Shown here piece by piece: positions 49,335 to 59,428 of a stretch of DNA of 64,000 nt (positions are counted from its first letter, which is position 1; each line of letters opens with the position of its first letter). The stretch spans positions 786,426 to 850,425 of the forward strand of contig CAXXFV010000016.1 in the NCBI GenBank assembly GCA_963674595.2, given 5' to 3'. Below the pieces are notes generated by a model, which worked only from the letters and a program-made list of their open reading frames with translations, had not been told where the DNA came from and searched no databases. The translations under genes and the position numbers were made by a program. The stretch comes from a bacterium. Lineage in GTDB: Bacteria > Zhuqueibacterota > Zhuqueibacteria > Residuimicrobiales > Krinioviventaceae.

Positions 49335-50465
49335 TTATTTAGTTGAAATATCACTTTCTTTAATGTTTGCCAGCACAATGGTTTCGTAGGGATGTTCGAT
49401 ACCGGCCTCATACAGGCAGAGGATGTTGCTGTCTTGTGTTACTGTGATGTCTGAATAGGCACTTGGACCTGAATTTAATACCAGATGTTCCGGCCAGGTA
49501 TTGCCCTCATCGTAACTTTTGCGGATGGTCATTTTTATTCGCGATGTATCGCATGCCGGATTTGAAAACAACAGAATGCTTTTTGAACTATCGCCGGCCC
49601 AGGAATATCTTTTAAAACCTGCCTGGCAAATAGGTTCGATAAGTGTTGTATCAAATTTCTGGTCTGTCCAGGTTAAACCACCGTCGTCACTAAAAGCTAG
49701 CTGACGGTTCTTTTTGGTTCTATCATAATTTCTCATGTTCAGCAAAAGTTTATTTTCCGGTAATTCAGCAACGAGGCATTCATTGACCTGATCTTGTGGT
49801 GTGCTGCCGCCAAGTTGCCAGGTCTTTCCATGGTCATCACTGTAAAAAATGTGTGAATAGTAATTTTTTGTATCCGCTTCAATATGATCGCAGGGAACAA
49901 CCAAACGTCCTTTATTGGGTCCGTTTTCAATCTGTAATCCGCAACCGGGGCCAGTAGCATACCAGGTCCAGTTTGGGTCTTTAACGTCCGAGGTGATTTC
50001 AACCGGTTCCGCCCAGGTCAGACCATCGTCTGTGGAAGATGTAACATATACCCGGCGGGTGTCTTTACTTTCCAGAGCAACAATTTGTTTTTCGTGATCG
50101 TCTCCACGGTTCCAGGTCATTAACAGCCAGATCGTTCCGGTTTCTGTGTCGGTTATCGGACAAGGATTACCGCAAACATTATCACCGTCATCCCAGATAA
50201 CCTGTTGCTCACTCCAGGTTTTGCCGTTATCGGTTGATCTTTTAACAAGCATGTCAATATCGCCTGTATCGCCTCTGCCTTGTTTTCTGCCTTCACAGAA
50301 TGCCAAAACTGTCCCCTTTGTTGTTACATTTATAGCCGGAATTCGAAATGTGTGATAACCGTTTTCACCGCTTTTCCACAATACTTGAGTGTTTTTTTTC
50401 AAGTTTGATTCTGATGCACAGCCAAATGCCAAAACAGTCAGAATAAGGCATACCAGTTTTTTCAT
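49335..50465 (-). CDS. exo-alpha-sialidase (GH33) lipoprotein
   Basis: lipobox AFGC, FRIP, five Asp-boxes (SxDxGxTW), AYS. Confidence 0.93.
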   Translation of the reverse strand: MKKLVCLILTVLAFGCASESNLKKNTQVLWKSGENGYHTFRIPAINVTTKGTVLAFCEGRKQGRGDTGDIDMLVKRSTDNGKTWSEQQVIWDDGDNVCGNPCPITDTETGTIWLLMTWNRGDDHEKQIVALESKDTRRVYVTSSTDDGLTWAEPVEITSDVKDPNWTWYATGPGCGLQIENGPNKGRLVVPCDHIEADTKNYYSHIFYSDDHGKTWQLGGSTPQDQVNECLVAELPENKLLLNMRNYDRTKKNRQLAFSDDGGLTWTDQKFDTTLIEPICQAGFKRYSWAGDSSKSILLFSNPACDTSRIKMTIRKSYDEGNTWPEHLVLNSGPSAYSDITVTQDSNILCLYEAGIEHPYETIVLANIKESDISTK

Positions 50466-50523
50466 GAAATTTCTCCTTACGATAGGATTACAGGTTATAA
50501 GGTTTTTTGCTTATCAAAAAGTA

Positions 50524-53139
50524 TTAATTATTTTTTTTGTGGATTGTATAGATTGTCAGTCCTTCAATGTTCTTTGTTTTTTTCAGTCCGAAAATGCTGA
50601 AAATATATCCACTAACGGCACAAAGCGTAATTCCAAGCGCCGCATATAGCAATCCGTTAATATTCGTTAAAAAGGAAATATATAAAAGACCAGAGAATGC
50701 CAGGAGAGCACCGATTACAGCGCCGGTTCCGTTTGCTTTTTTGGTAAAAATACCCAAAATAAATAATCCGCCCATTGAACCACCAAAAAGTCCCAAAACT
50801 TTAATAAAAGAGTCCCACAGGGATTTTATATCGGCTGAGGCGAGAAATAGTGCGACGATAGTACCGATGGTTCCAACTGAAAAAGTCAGGGTCCTGGCCA
50901 GAACCAGGTAGTTTTTTTCTGTTTTTAGCAATTTAAAACGTCTGACAAAATCTGTCGTTATGGTAGTGGCAATGCTGTTCATGCTCGTTGATATGGTGGA
51001 TTGTGCGGCTGCAAAGATTCCGGCAACTACAATTCCGGCAATACCGATGGGCAGTTCCTGAGCTATAAATTGTGCAAAAACAGAGTCTGTTTGGTAGGTC
51101 GGATCGAATTGATGGGGAAAGTTTTTATAAAAAACATACAATCCTGTTCCAACTCCGAAAAATAAAAAACTGGCAAAAAAGGAAAGGGCTGCATTGGTCC
51201 AGATTGCGTTGGATGCTTTTTTTGTTGTTTGTACCGACATATACCGCTGTACGACGCCCTGATCGGAAGAGTAGGATACCAGGTTTTGCCCAAAGCCTCC
51301 AAGCACAACGACCCAAAGCGCTGTTGTGGTTATGCTCAGTGAACTCCAGTCCCAGTTGATAACATGAAACTTTTGATTGGCAAGTGCCGTTGTGAAAAAT
51401 CCGTTTATTCCTCCGTCGATATTGAAAATGATCAGTACGAAACTTAATAATGCTCCACCGAGCAGCACAAAAGTTTGTATTGTATCCGTCCAGATTACGG
51501 CTTCCACACCACCGAGTGTGCAATAGAGTATGCTCATTCCACCCATGATCAGGATACACGTTTCAACAGATAAAGGAGTAATAGTTGCGAGCGCCAGGGA
51601 CGGTAAAAACATCACAATGGCCATACGGCCGATTTGAAAAAGGATAAAAGAAGCACTGGCAAACAGTCTGGCCGGCAGGTTGAATCTTTTTTCCAGATAT
51701 TCATAGGCGCTTGTGGCGTCGATTTTTCTGAAAAAGGGTAATATAAAATAAATGATAAACGGGGCCAAAAGAACAATTGTCATATTAATGAAAAAGTAAA
51801 CCCAGTCGGTGGCAAATGTTTTTGACGGGACCGACATAAATGTTAAAGATGAAAGCATGGTCGCAAAAATACTGCAGCCTGCCGCCCACCAGGGAATCCT
51901 TTGTCCGCCACGAAAATAGTCTTCCGTACTTTTGTTCCGTTTGGAAAAGTAAATACCAATCCAAATGAGTATCAGCAAATAAATTCCCAATGCACTGAGA
52001 TTATAAACATCAAATGTTTTTGAGGTATGTATCGGCACCACCGACCATATTTTAGGTGTATTTTCACCTGTTTGAATATCACGTGTTGTTATAATGAATT
52101 GGTCGTTTAATTGTACTAATTGTGTTGCAAGTTGGTTTGACGGCAGGTTACCTGCTTCAAACCATGTATTTGTAATGGTGTTCAAGGCCCAAATATTTTG
52201 TGGGCGTTTAGAAGAGTTTTGTTTTAATGAATCTGCCTGAGGGTATGGTACCTCATCATTACCCTGAAAAACAAAAATATGACTTTGCCCTATTTCCGCA
52301 GTTTTACCCTGCATAACACAAACAGGTATATCGGCGCGTTTACGCCAGTAATTTTCCTTGCCTGTTGTAAATATTTTGGGATTAAATTCATAAACATCAT
52401 TCAAAAAAACAGTTGATCCGTCCTCACTGTTTATTCCTTTTCCACTGATAACATAAATACAATTATCATAACCATTGTGTTGATGTACCAGGATATTATC
52501 CGAACGGGCCGGACCGGGCCAGGAAGGAAGAATTTCCCATTTAAACTGTTCCGTCCCGTAATTTGCCATATCCAGTCGCCAAAAGTTTTGCATGGCTGAA
52601 TTTGAATTTACAGTACTGTTCCCACCTGCCAGATAAATTGCATTATTAAAAAAGAAGGCGCTTGAATGGGCACAGGGCTGCGGCAGATTTGGCAGATTTT
52701 CCTTATCGATTTTTTTTGAATCGGAATTCCATTTTAATAAATAGACTGTATCAAATAGTTGTTTTGAGTTTTTGCCGCCCATACAAACGATGCCCTGTGG
52801 TGTGGATACCGAGGTCCCAAATTCTACAGGTTCCGGCAAATTACCGGCATGGATCCAGTTTTTATTGTCGTTCAAAGGATCTTCCAAAACCCAAATACTG
52901 CCATTTTGTGTGATATCTGTTTTTTGTAACAGCTTTTCGTTGTTTGCGCCACCGGCAATAATCAATGCGTTGTTATTCGTGCCGATGAATGAACCCTCTG
53001 TGTCGAATGTTTTCGTTTGCTGTGATGTTTCGGAAAAAGAAAGTTCCGTCCAGTTAAAATAGTCTCTGGTTTCATTTTGTGAGTATAATGGCGAAAGTAA
53101 TAAAAGTGTAAAACAAAATATGCCGGATAAACTTTTCAT
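50524..53139 (-). CDS. kelch (NanM-like) domain fused to a sodium:solute symporter (SiaT-like)
   Basis: signal peptide, kelch GG repeats, then YF.GG..IPWW, SSLTFMSVP, SAYEYLE.RF, DQGVVQRY, AAAQST. Confidence 0.9.
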   Translation of the reverse strand: MKSLSGIFCFTLLLLSPLYSQNETRDYFNWTELSFSETSQQTKTFDTEGSFIGTNNNALIIAGGANNEKLLQKTDITQNGSIWVLEDPLNDNKNWIHAGNLPEPVEFGTSVSTPQGIVCMGGKNSKQLFDTVYLLKWNSDSKKIDKENLPNLPQPCAHSSAFFFNNAIYLAGGNSTVNSNSAMQNFWRLDMANYGTEQFKWEILPSWPGPARSDNILVHQHNGYDNCIYVISGKGINSEDGSTVFLNDVYEFNPKIFTTGKENYWRKRADIPVCVMQGKTAEIGQSHIFVFQGNDEVPYPQADSLKQNSSKRPQNIWALNTITNTWFEAGNLPSNQLATQLVQLNDQFIITTRDIQTGENTPKIWSVVPIHTSKTFDVYNLSALGIYLLILIWIGIYFSKRNKSTEDYFRGGQRIPWWAAGCSIFATMLSSLTFMSVPSKTFATDWVYFFINMTIVLLAPFIIYFILPFFRKIDATSAYEYLEKRFNLPARLFASASFILFQIGRMAIVMFLPSLALATITPLSVETCILIMGGMSILYCTLGGVEAVIWTDTIQTFVLLGGALLSFVLIIFNIDGGINGFFTTALANQKFHVINWDWSSLSITTTALWVVVLGGFGQNLVSYSSDQGVVQRYMSVQTTKKASNAIWTNAALSFFASFLFFGVGTGLYVFYKNFPHQFDPTYQTDSVFAQFIAQELPIGIAGIVVAGIFAAAQSTISTSMNSIATTITTDFVRRFKLLKTEKNYLVLARTLTFSVGTIGTIVALFLASADIKSLWDSFIKVLGLFGGSMGGLFILGIFTKKANGTGAVIGALLAFSGLLYISFLTNINGLLYAALGITLCAVSGYIFSIFGLKKTKNIEGLTIYTIHKKNN

Positions 53140-53193
53140 AGCGTCGTCCTTTAGTGTAGCTTTTACCGATCTCGGTTATTTTTTTAATACATC

Positions 53194-53850
53194 TTAACGG
53201 CTGAAATATTTATTATATGATTTTTGTGCATCCTGACGAATTGTTTCTATTATAATTTTGTTATCCCGTGTTTCCAGGGCATGAATAATATTTTCATGCG
53301 GGACAATGACTTTGCTCAGGTTTTGGGATTCCAGACTTCGCTGGACAGCGACAAAAGCAAAAAGCGGTACGGATATTTGGTCCAATGATCTGTAAAGGAC
53401 CTCATTTTGCGACTGTTTCCAGATATAACGGTGAAACAAAAGGTCTGTTTTATTGAGTATAAAAAAGGACTGATGCTGCATCGCTTCCGTGAAACCTTTA
53501 ATAATTTCATACAATTCTTTAAAATGCTGTTCCTGCATGTTTTGTGCTGCCTGGGTGCAGGCAAGCTCTTCCAGGTGATAACGAACAATGAGGCGCTGCT
53601 TTATTTCGTCATCGGATAGTTCCGTAACCATTGTGCCTTTGTGCGGGATTTTAATAACCAATCCGATTCTTTCCAATTGCAGTAAAGCTTCCCGGATTGT
53701 TGACTGACTAACGTCAAAATCGTTTGCCAGTTGAAGTTCTGTTATCGTTGTGCCCGGCTGCAGTTTGCCTGAAAAGATGGCGTCTTTTATTGTATTAAAA
53801 ACGGATTGGCTTCTTGAAAGCGTTTTTAGAGGTTGAAAGAGTGATGTCAT
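53194..53850 (-). CDS. GntR/FadR (FCD) transcriptional regulator
   Basis: wHTH E.QLA..FDVSQSTIREAL, D..FH, HE.I. Confidence 0.92.
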   Translation of the reverse strand: MTSLFQPLKTLSRSQSVFNTIKDAIFSGKLQPGTTITELQLANDFDVSQSTIREALLQLERIGLVIKIPHKGTMVTELSDDEIKQRLIVRYHLEELACTQAAQNMQEQHFKELYEIIKGFTEAMQHQSFFILNKTDLLFHRYIWKQSQNEVLYRSLDQISVPLFAFVAVQRSLESQNLSKVIVPHENIIHALETRDNKIIIETIRQDAQKSYNKYFSR

Positions 53851-53883
53851 AATGCTTTACCTGAAATAATTATTAAGGTAACG

Positions 53884-53926
53884 ATTATCGATAATGAATA
53901 ATATGGAAAAATCAGGAGAATGTCAA
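53884..53926 (-). promoter_or_regulatory. sigma70 promoter with palindromic operator for the sialic-acid operon
   Basis: TTGACA-N17-TATTAT (53926-53898) followed by the perfect palindrome ATTATCGATAAT (53884-53895). Confidence 0.6.
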
Positions 53927-54048
53927 AGTTTATTTTGTATTTTAACGATACCTAATATCCCCCGTAATAAAACAGCCGGCCAAAAAAATAACATGGTCGG
54001 CTGTGTTCAGGGAGGAGTAGCAATGAAACACGTATTTTTTTCAATATG

Positions 54049-54873
54049 TTATGTTATCTTGCTGGTAATGCCGATACATTTTTGAAAAGCGTCAGTGTTC
54101 TTTTTTGCAAAATCTGTTTGGTCTAATAAGTTGGTGTTAACCGGCGTAATAAACAATTTTTTTTCTGATATGTCATGTAAAAGATAAACATTTGCTGAAT
54201 TGTAGATATATCTGTTCAGCATTTTTAAGCCGTAATTGCCGTGACAGGATACATCTGTTATATTTTTCCATCTGTTATTGATAATTTCCAGCATAACATC
54301 ATTTTTATGATCTGGATTAAATCCTCTGATTAAATGATTCGATAATTTCGATAGATCCACAAGCGAGTAAATACCGATATTTCCCTGAACAATTCCGCCG
54401 GCACCCCGCATGTCATATATTTTAATTGCTATGACATTATCTTTATTATATCGTATAAACTCGGAAGGGATTTTATATATTCTTTTAACATCGTATGCTG
54501 ATTTACAGGCAGAAGGAAATTTGCCTTTACCATCCAAATGTTTTCCATTAAAAAATGTTTCGTCAACATCATCTATTCGCCCAAGTAAAAGATAAAGCTG
54601 GCTGGCTTTATATTTTTTGGGAATATTGATTTTGGTCCTGTACCAGGCATAACCATCGTATCCCGGGAACCCTTCATTTTCCCAGGGATTGGGAACTGTT
54701 ATTTTCTCCCATTTAGAATCGTCAAAGTCAGGATAGGAATATTGTATATTGTCGCCTAATATAAATTTCCATTCTCCTTTAAGGTCTATTTCCTGATGAA
54801 AATTTGCAGCCGGTAGAATATGGCTGAAAAAAAGGAGGAAAAGAACAGACAGTAATAGTCTTAATGTGTGCAT
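54049..54873 (-). CDS. exported protein with a GH2/SiaE-type sugar-binding jelly-roll domain
   Basis: L.GEWKF..GD, DDSKW..ITVP..WE..G...YDGYAWYR, LGRIDD.DETFFNG, N.IAI.IYD..G.GGI. Confidence 0.8.
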   Translation of the reverse strand: MHTLRLLLSVLFLLFFSHILPAANFHQEIDLKGEWKFILGDNIQYSYPDFDDSKWEKITVPNPWENEGFPGYDGYAWYRTKINIPKKYKASQLYLLLGRIDDVDETFFNGKHLDGKGKFPSACKSAYDVKRIYKIPSEFIRYNKDNVIAIKIYDMRGAGGIVQGNIGIYSLVDLSKLSNHLIRGFNPDHKNDVMLEIINNRWKNITDVSCHGNYGLKMLNRYIYNSANVYLLHDISEKKLFITPVNTNLLDQTDFAKKNTDAFQKCIGITSKIT

Positions 54874-54991
54874 ATTATCCGTAAAATATAAACAATTGGT
54901 TACGTTATTTTTACAGTATAATAATATGAATAAATTTAAAATAAAGTGTCAGAATGGTGTAATGAAATGTAAAAGAATGTCAGTAGCCAAT

Positions 54992-55675
54992 TTAGAGCAG
55001 AAACTTGTAGCCAATGCCATAAACCGTAAAAATGTGACGAGGTTGGGTGGGATCGTCTTCAATTTTTTTACGCAGACGGACAATATGATTGTCTATTGTA
55101 CGGGTCGTGGGATATATATCATAACCCCAAACTTTATCGAGTAAATTGTCACGGCTTATTGTTTCGCCCTGGTGATCAAGGAAAAATTTTAATATTTCAA
55201 ATTCTTTATGTGAGAGGTCAACTTTACCTTTATCATCTTCGGCCATCAGATGTTCAAAATCGATATGTAATTTTCCAATTTGTACCAGGTTTTGCGCCGT
55301 TTTTATGACCGGTTCGGTACGACGTAAAACGGCTTTAACCCGTGCTAAAAGTTCACGAACACTAAAAGGTTTAACAATGTAATCATCCGCCCCAAGCTCA
55401 AGCCCAAGTACTTTATCGATTTCCTGGCCCCTTGCCGTCAGCATGATAATCGGTGTGCTGATGTTTTTACTTCTTAGCTCCTTGCAAACATCGAATCCGG
55501 ATTTTTGGGGCAGCATAATATCTAAAAGAATCAAATGGGGTTTTAATTTATATACTTTTTCCAATCCTTCCTCGCCGTCTTGAGCCAGTTCTACAGTGTG
55601 TCCGTCATATTCAAATGCGTCTCTAAGTCCTTGAGCCATATCCTGTTCGTCTTCAATAATCAATATAAAAGCCAT
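54992..55675 (-). CDS. OmpR-family response regulator
   Basis: ED, LDIMLP, LTA, GADDY.VKPF, winged helix RTIDNHI..LR. Confidence 0.95.
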   Translation of the reverse strand: MAFILIIEDEQDMAQGLRDAFEYDGHTVELAQDGEEGLEKVYKLKPHLILLDIMLPQKSGFDVCKELRSKNISTPIIMLTARGQEIDKVLGLELGADDYIVKPFSVRELLARVKAVLRRTEPVIKTAQNLVQIGKLHIDFEHLMAEDDKGKVDLSHKEFEILKFFLDHQGETISRDNLLDKVWGYDIYPTTRTIDNHIVRLRKKIEDDPTQPRHIFTVYGIGYKFLL

Positions 55676-55690
55676 TTATAACTCCAATTT

Positions 55691-57292
55691 TTATGACAAA
55701 GGAAAAACCAGTGAAAATATGCTGCCTTCACCTGGTTTACTTTTGACTGTAACATATCCCTGGTGATAGTCCATTATATATTTAACTAAACTTAAACCAA
55801 GTCCGGTTCCTTTGGTTTTGTGTGTCAGAGAATTTTCAACACGATAAAATTTATCAAAAATTTTTGTTAATTCTGATTCCACAATACCGATGCCGGAATC
55901 TTTAACAGATAAAACTAAATTTTGGTCCTTTTGATAAAGTGAAATTTCAATATTTTGTTTGTCATCGCTGAATTTTATAGCATTATCCAACAGGTTGATA
56001 AAAGCCTGTTTAACGGATTCTTTATCAATGTTTATTTTTGGCAGTTCCTCGGCAAAGTCCAGTTTTAGCTGAATTCTTTTTTGCTCCAGGTGAAATTGAA
56101 AGGTTTCAAGTGCATTGTAAATCAGGTCTTGTAAATAGGCTGGTTCCAATGCATACTCTTTTTTCCTGGATTCAATTCGGGAAAAATCCAGAATATTATT
56201 AATAAGCTGCGAAAGCCGTGCACTTTCCTGCATTATGGTTTTGTAATATTGCTTTTTTTTATCGTCTGTTGTAACGAGATTCATATCCAGCAATTCGGCG
56301 TACATTCTTATTAACGCTAAAGGTGTGCGAAGTTCATGCGAAACATTGGCGACAAAATCTGTTTTCATTTGTGCCAGTTTTGTTTCTTTAATGACATTGT
56401 TTACCAGATAAATCGTTCCGGCAAAAAGAAAAATATTTAATCCGACGAGAAAGAGAATATTGGTAGTCGTCCGTGATTTCGCCAGTTGGTCCAGCGTTGT
56501 TCCACGAAGTTTGATTAGTAAATGCAGGTCCGGTAAAATCCACAGGTTTTCCTGCTTTTCAAAATTACTGATTTCATCGCTGGTGTTTGAATAGAGTATA
56601 TTATTTTTAACGGACTTGACGGCAAATATAAAGTTTTCGTCTCCCAGCTCGCCCAGTTTCCTGGCAACAATTTCGTTTATAAATAACGAATGATCGATAA
56701 TAAAAGCACCGATTGTTGTTTGTAATGAATCCGGCAAAAATTCGTTTTGCAGTTTTATTGGAAATGTAATTAATGAATAACTCTGGTCTGTGATATTTGA
56801 TATTGTGAATGATTCCGGTCTTAGATATCCGTCATCGGCCAGTTGAACCATTTTGGATAGTTTATCTTTATTGTTTTCCAGAACATTACTGATAGTTGCA
56901 TAGTTTATCGATTCGTCATTTGTGAAATTAGGTGACCATATTAAAATATCTTTTGTGCTGTTGCGTTGTAAAAAGAAACCTTTTAGAGAAGAGTTTGTTT
57001 TGTGGAAATCTTGCCAAATGTTTAGCGTTTCCCGGTAACTGGTAAAACCTTCGATAGAATAAACTGACGAGGATAAAGTACGCATCCATAGCTGCATAAT
57101 ATCCCAGCAATGCTGATTCACAGAAAACAGAATACTTTCCAACTGCCGGTAATAAATAGCACGTATGAGTTCTTCGTCTTTATCTTTTCTGGTGATTTGG
57201 AAAACAGTATAACCCAGCACCGGCACAAGAAGTGTGAATATAATAACGATGATAATTTTTATTGAAACAGATTTATGTAAAGTAATTTTCAT
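55691..57292 (-). CDS. sensor histidine kinase
   Basis: two TM, SHELRTPL, NLLDNAIK, DSGIG, GTGLGL. Confidence 0.95.
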   Translation of the reverse strand: MKITLHKSVSIKIIIVIIFTLLVPVLGYTVFQITRKDKDEELIRAIYYRQLESILFSVNQHCWDIMQLWMRTLSSSVYSIEGFTSYRETLNIWQDFHKTNSSLKGFFLQRNSTKDILIWSPNFTNDESINYATISNVLENNKDKLSKMVQLADDGYLRPESFTISNITDQSYSLITFPIKLQNEFLPDSLQTTIGAFIIDHSLFINEIVARKLGELGDENFIFAVKSVKNNILYSNTSDEISNFEKQENLWILPDLHLLIKLRGTTLDQLAKSRTTTNILFLVGLNIFLFAGTIYLVNNVIKETKLAQMKTDFVANVSHELRTPLALIRMYAELLDMNLVTTDDKKKQYYKTIMQESARLSQLINNILDFSRIESRKKEYALEPAYLQDLIYNALETFQFHLEQKRIQLKLDFAEELPKINIDKESVKQAFINLLDNAIKFSDDKQNIEISLYQKDQNLVLSVKDSGIGIVESELTKIFDKFYRVENSLTHKTKGTGLGLSLVKYIMDYHQGYVTVKSKPGEGSIFSLVFPLS

Positions 57293-57298
57293 TATAAA

Positions 57299-57856
57299 TC
57301 AGGATAAGGTATTAAAAAAACAAATAGTTTCAATTGTGTTACGTTTTTTCTCGCGAATATGCTCTGTTTCCGGGTAACCGACAGATAATATTGATACCGG
57401 ACGATATTTTTTAGGAATGTTTAGTGCTTTTTTAACACCTTTTGCATTAAACCAGCCGATCCAGCACGTACCCAGCCCCAATTCCCGGGCCTGCAAAACA
57501 AAATGTTCGCCGGCAATACCAATGTCCAAAAGATAGTATTGAATGCCTGTTATTTGTTTGCCGATACGATTTGCAAGAATATCCGGTGTGGCTAAAATCA
57601 CCACGAGTACGGGGGCTTTTTTGGCCCAAAGTGTCGGACGAAAAACACCGGAAAAGGCCTGATCTGCAAGCTTATTTTTAAGTTCCGGATCATCAACAAT
57701 GAGAAAATGCCAGGGTTGAACATTTTCTGCTGAAGGCGCCAGTCTGGCAGCTTCCACGCACTGAATCAGTTTTTCGCGTTCAACCGGGCGATCTGTGTAT
57801 TTTCTGACACTTTGTCGTGTTTGTACAATATTTAAGAAATTTGAATCCAATAGCAT
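57299..57856 (-). CDS. nitroreductase family protein
   Basis: RQSVRKY, APSAENVQPW, GLGTCWIG. Confidence 0.92.
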   Translation of the reverse strand: MLLDSNFLNIVQTRQSVRKYTDRPVEREKLIQCVEAARLAPSAENVQPWHFLIVDDPELKNKLADQAFSGVFRPTLWAKKAPVLVVILATPDILANRIGKQITGIQYYLLDIGIAGEHFVLQARELGLGTCWIGWFNAKGVKKALNIPKKYRPVSILSVGYPETEHIREKKRNTIETICFFNTLS

Positions 57857-57883
57857 CTCCGGATAATAATTATTTTTTGGTTG

Positions 57884-59230
57884 TCAATTTAATTGCATCA
57901 TTTCGCTGATTTTTGAAAACTTGTAGCCACGCTGCCTCATGCTATCTATGAGTACTGGAATAATTTGATGGACCTGGTCGTGATTTCGCTGTGTATCCAG
58001 ATGCATTAAAATTATGCCGCCTTTTGCGCCGCTGGATGTATCTTCGCCAAAGTTTAATAATTTTTGTAAAACCTGGTCCGGTGTTTTATAGGCCGTAGAA
58101 GTTGTGTCGGACACCCAATCCAGCGTGTCCATGTTTTCACCATTTCCAAAAGTCCAGCCGACATGCCTGTAACCGATTTCTGCCGCCCATTGTCGAATTT
58201 CGGCGTTGTGTTCACCGTACGGTGCTCTCCAAAGCGGTTTCATTTTATGCTGTGTAATTTTGTAAAAAAGATCGGCCGTCCTTACCAGCTCTTTTTGCAG
58301 CATTTTTTTGTTGACGTTTGGTAATGTCAGATGCTTGTGGTTTTGAGCATAAGTTGTAAGGTGCGGATGACTCCAGGTATGGTTTCCCACTTCGTGCCCT
58401 TCATCGACAATCCTTTTTGCCAGGTTGGGATATCTTTTTAAAAATTGTCCGGTAAGGAAAATTGTACAGGTTATTTTTTTTTCTTTCAGATAATCCAAAA
58501 TTTGGGCGGCTGCTCCGTTTCCGGAACCTCCGTCGAATGTGAGCGCTATATTGGGCCGTTTTGGGTTTCCTTTGGAAAAATCTCTGGCCAGGTAATCCAA
58601 ACGCGGCCTGCCATAAATTGTTTTTATTTGCTGTAATACAGATGTGTGACCGTCTATATCAATACCCTGAACAATAATATCATTTGATCCGTATTTTAAT
58701 TTTATGTTGTTAAAAGTAAAAATACTGTCTTTTCCCAGTGTTACGGCTGTTAATTTGCCGTTCACCTTTAACGATATTATCGTATTTTCGGCAGCTTCGC
58801 CTTTAATTGAAATATTGTTTTCCAAAACCATTGCGTCCGGTTTGGTTGTTATATACAAACCGGAACTGTCCGGTTCTGTTAAAATTTGTTCCGGCAGGTT
58901 CTGGTAAAAAGGGAGGGACTGAATTTGTTGCTTCATGGAATGAATTGTTATTGCCTGATAACACAAAACAATAAGGATAATCAATCCCAGCAATAGTCCG
59001 GTCTTTCTTTTTTTTATAGATTGAAAAAGATTTGTTGGACTGATATTAAAGAGTGCTCTGGTTTTGAGAAAAGGACCAAGGTTATTAAAAAGCGCTTTTA
59101 AAAGACATTTTGTGCTGCAAAAAGGTTTTTGCATAAAGTCGATTTGACATTCAGGACAAATATACTCTTTACATTGATGGCACCTTTTTTTAGCCATTGT
59201 TTTAGGGTGGTTTTTACAAAAATGTTCCAT
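57884..59230 (-). CDS. polysaccharide deacetylase (NodB/CE4) with N-terminal B-box-like zinc finger and TM
   Basis: CKNH..C..C..IC..C..FC...C; TM; LTFDGG, HTWSH, RAPYG, LDW, ILMH. Confidence 0.88.
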   Translation of the reverse strand: MEHFCKNHPKTMAKKRCHQCKEYICPECQIDFMQKPFCSTKCLLKALFNNLGPFLKTRALFNISPTNLFQSIKKRKTGLLLGLIILIVLCYQAITIHSMKQQIQSLPFYQNLPEQILTEPDSSGLYITTKPDAMVLENNISIKGEAAENTIISLKVNGKLTAVTLGKDSIFTFNNIKLKYGSNDIIVQGIDIDGHTSVLQQIKTIYGRPRLDYLARDFSKGNPKRPNIALTFDGGSGNGAAAQILDYLKEKKITCTIFLTGQFLKRYPNLAKRIVDEGHEVGNHTWSHPHLTTYAQNHKHLTLPNVNKKMLQKELVRTADLFYKITQHKMKPLWRAPYGEHNAEIRQWAAEIGYRHVGWTFGNGENMDTLDWVSDTTSTAYKTPDQVLQKLLNFGEDTSSGAKGGIILMHLDTQRNHDQVHQIIPVLIDSMRQRGYKFSKISEMMQLN

Positions 59231-59428
59231 AATTTTCCCTTTGTTTATTAAAAAATTTAGGAAAATAGTTTATAAAAACAAACAAAAATGAAAATTTAAA
59301 CCAGAATATTACAATAAAAAAGAATGTTTGATCTTATGTTAGAAATGTTTATAATTTAAAGAGTAAGCATTATTTGATTATTTTTAAATTACCGTGTAAA
59401 AATTATTGAAATAATCTTTGGTTTTATC

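Noticed and set aside
53894-54022. 63-aa ORF starting at 53894
   Set aside because: No RBS and it overlaps the GntR promoter; only the internal ATG at 54023 has an SD
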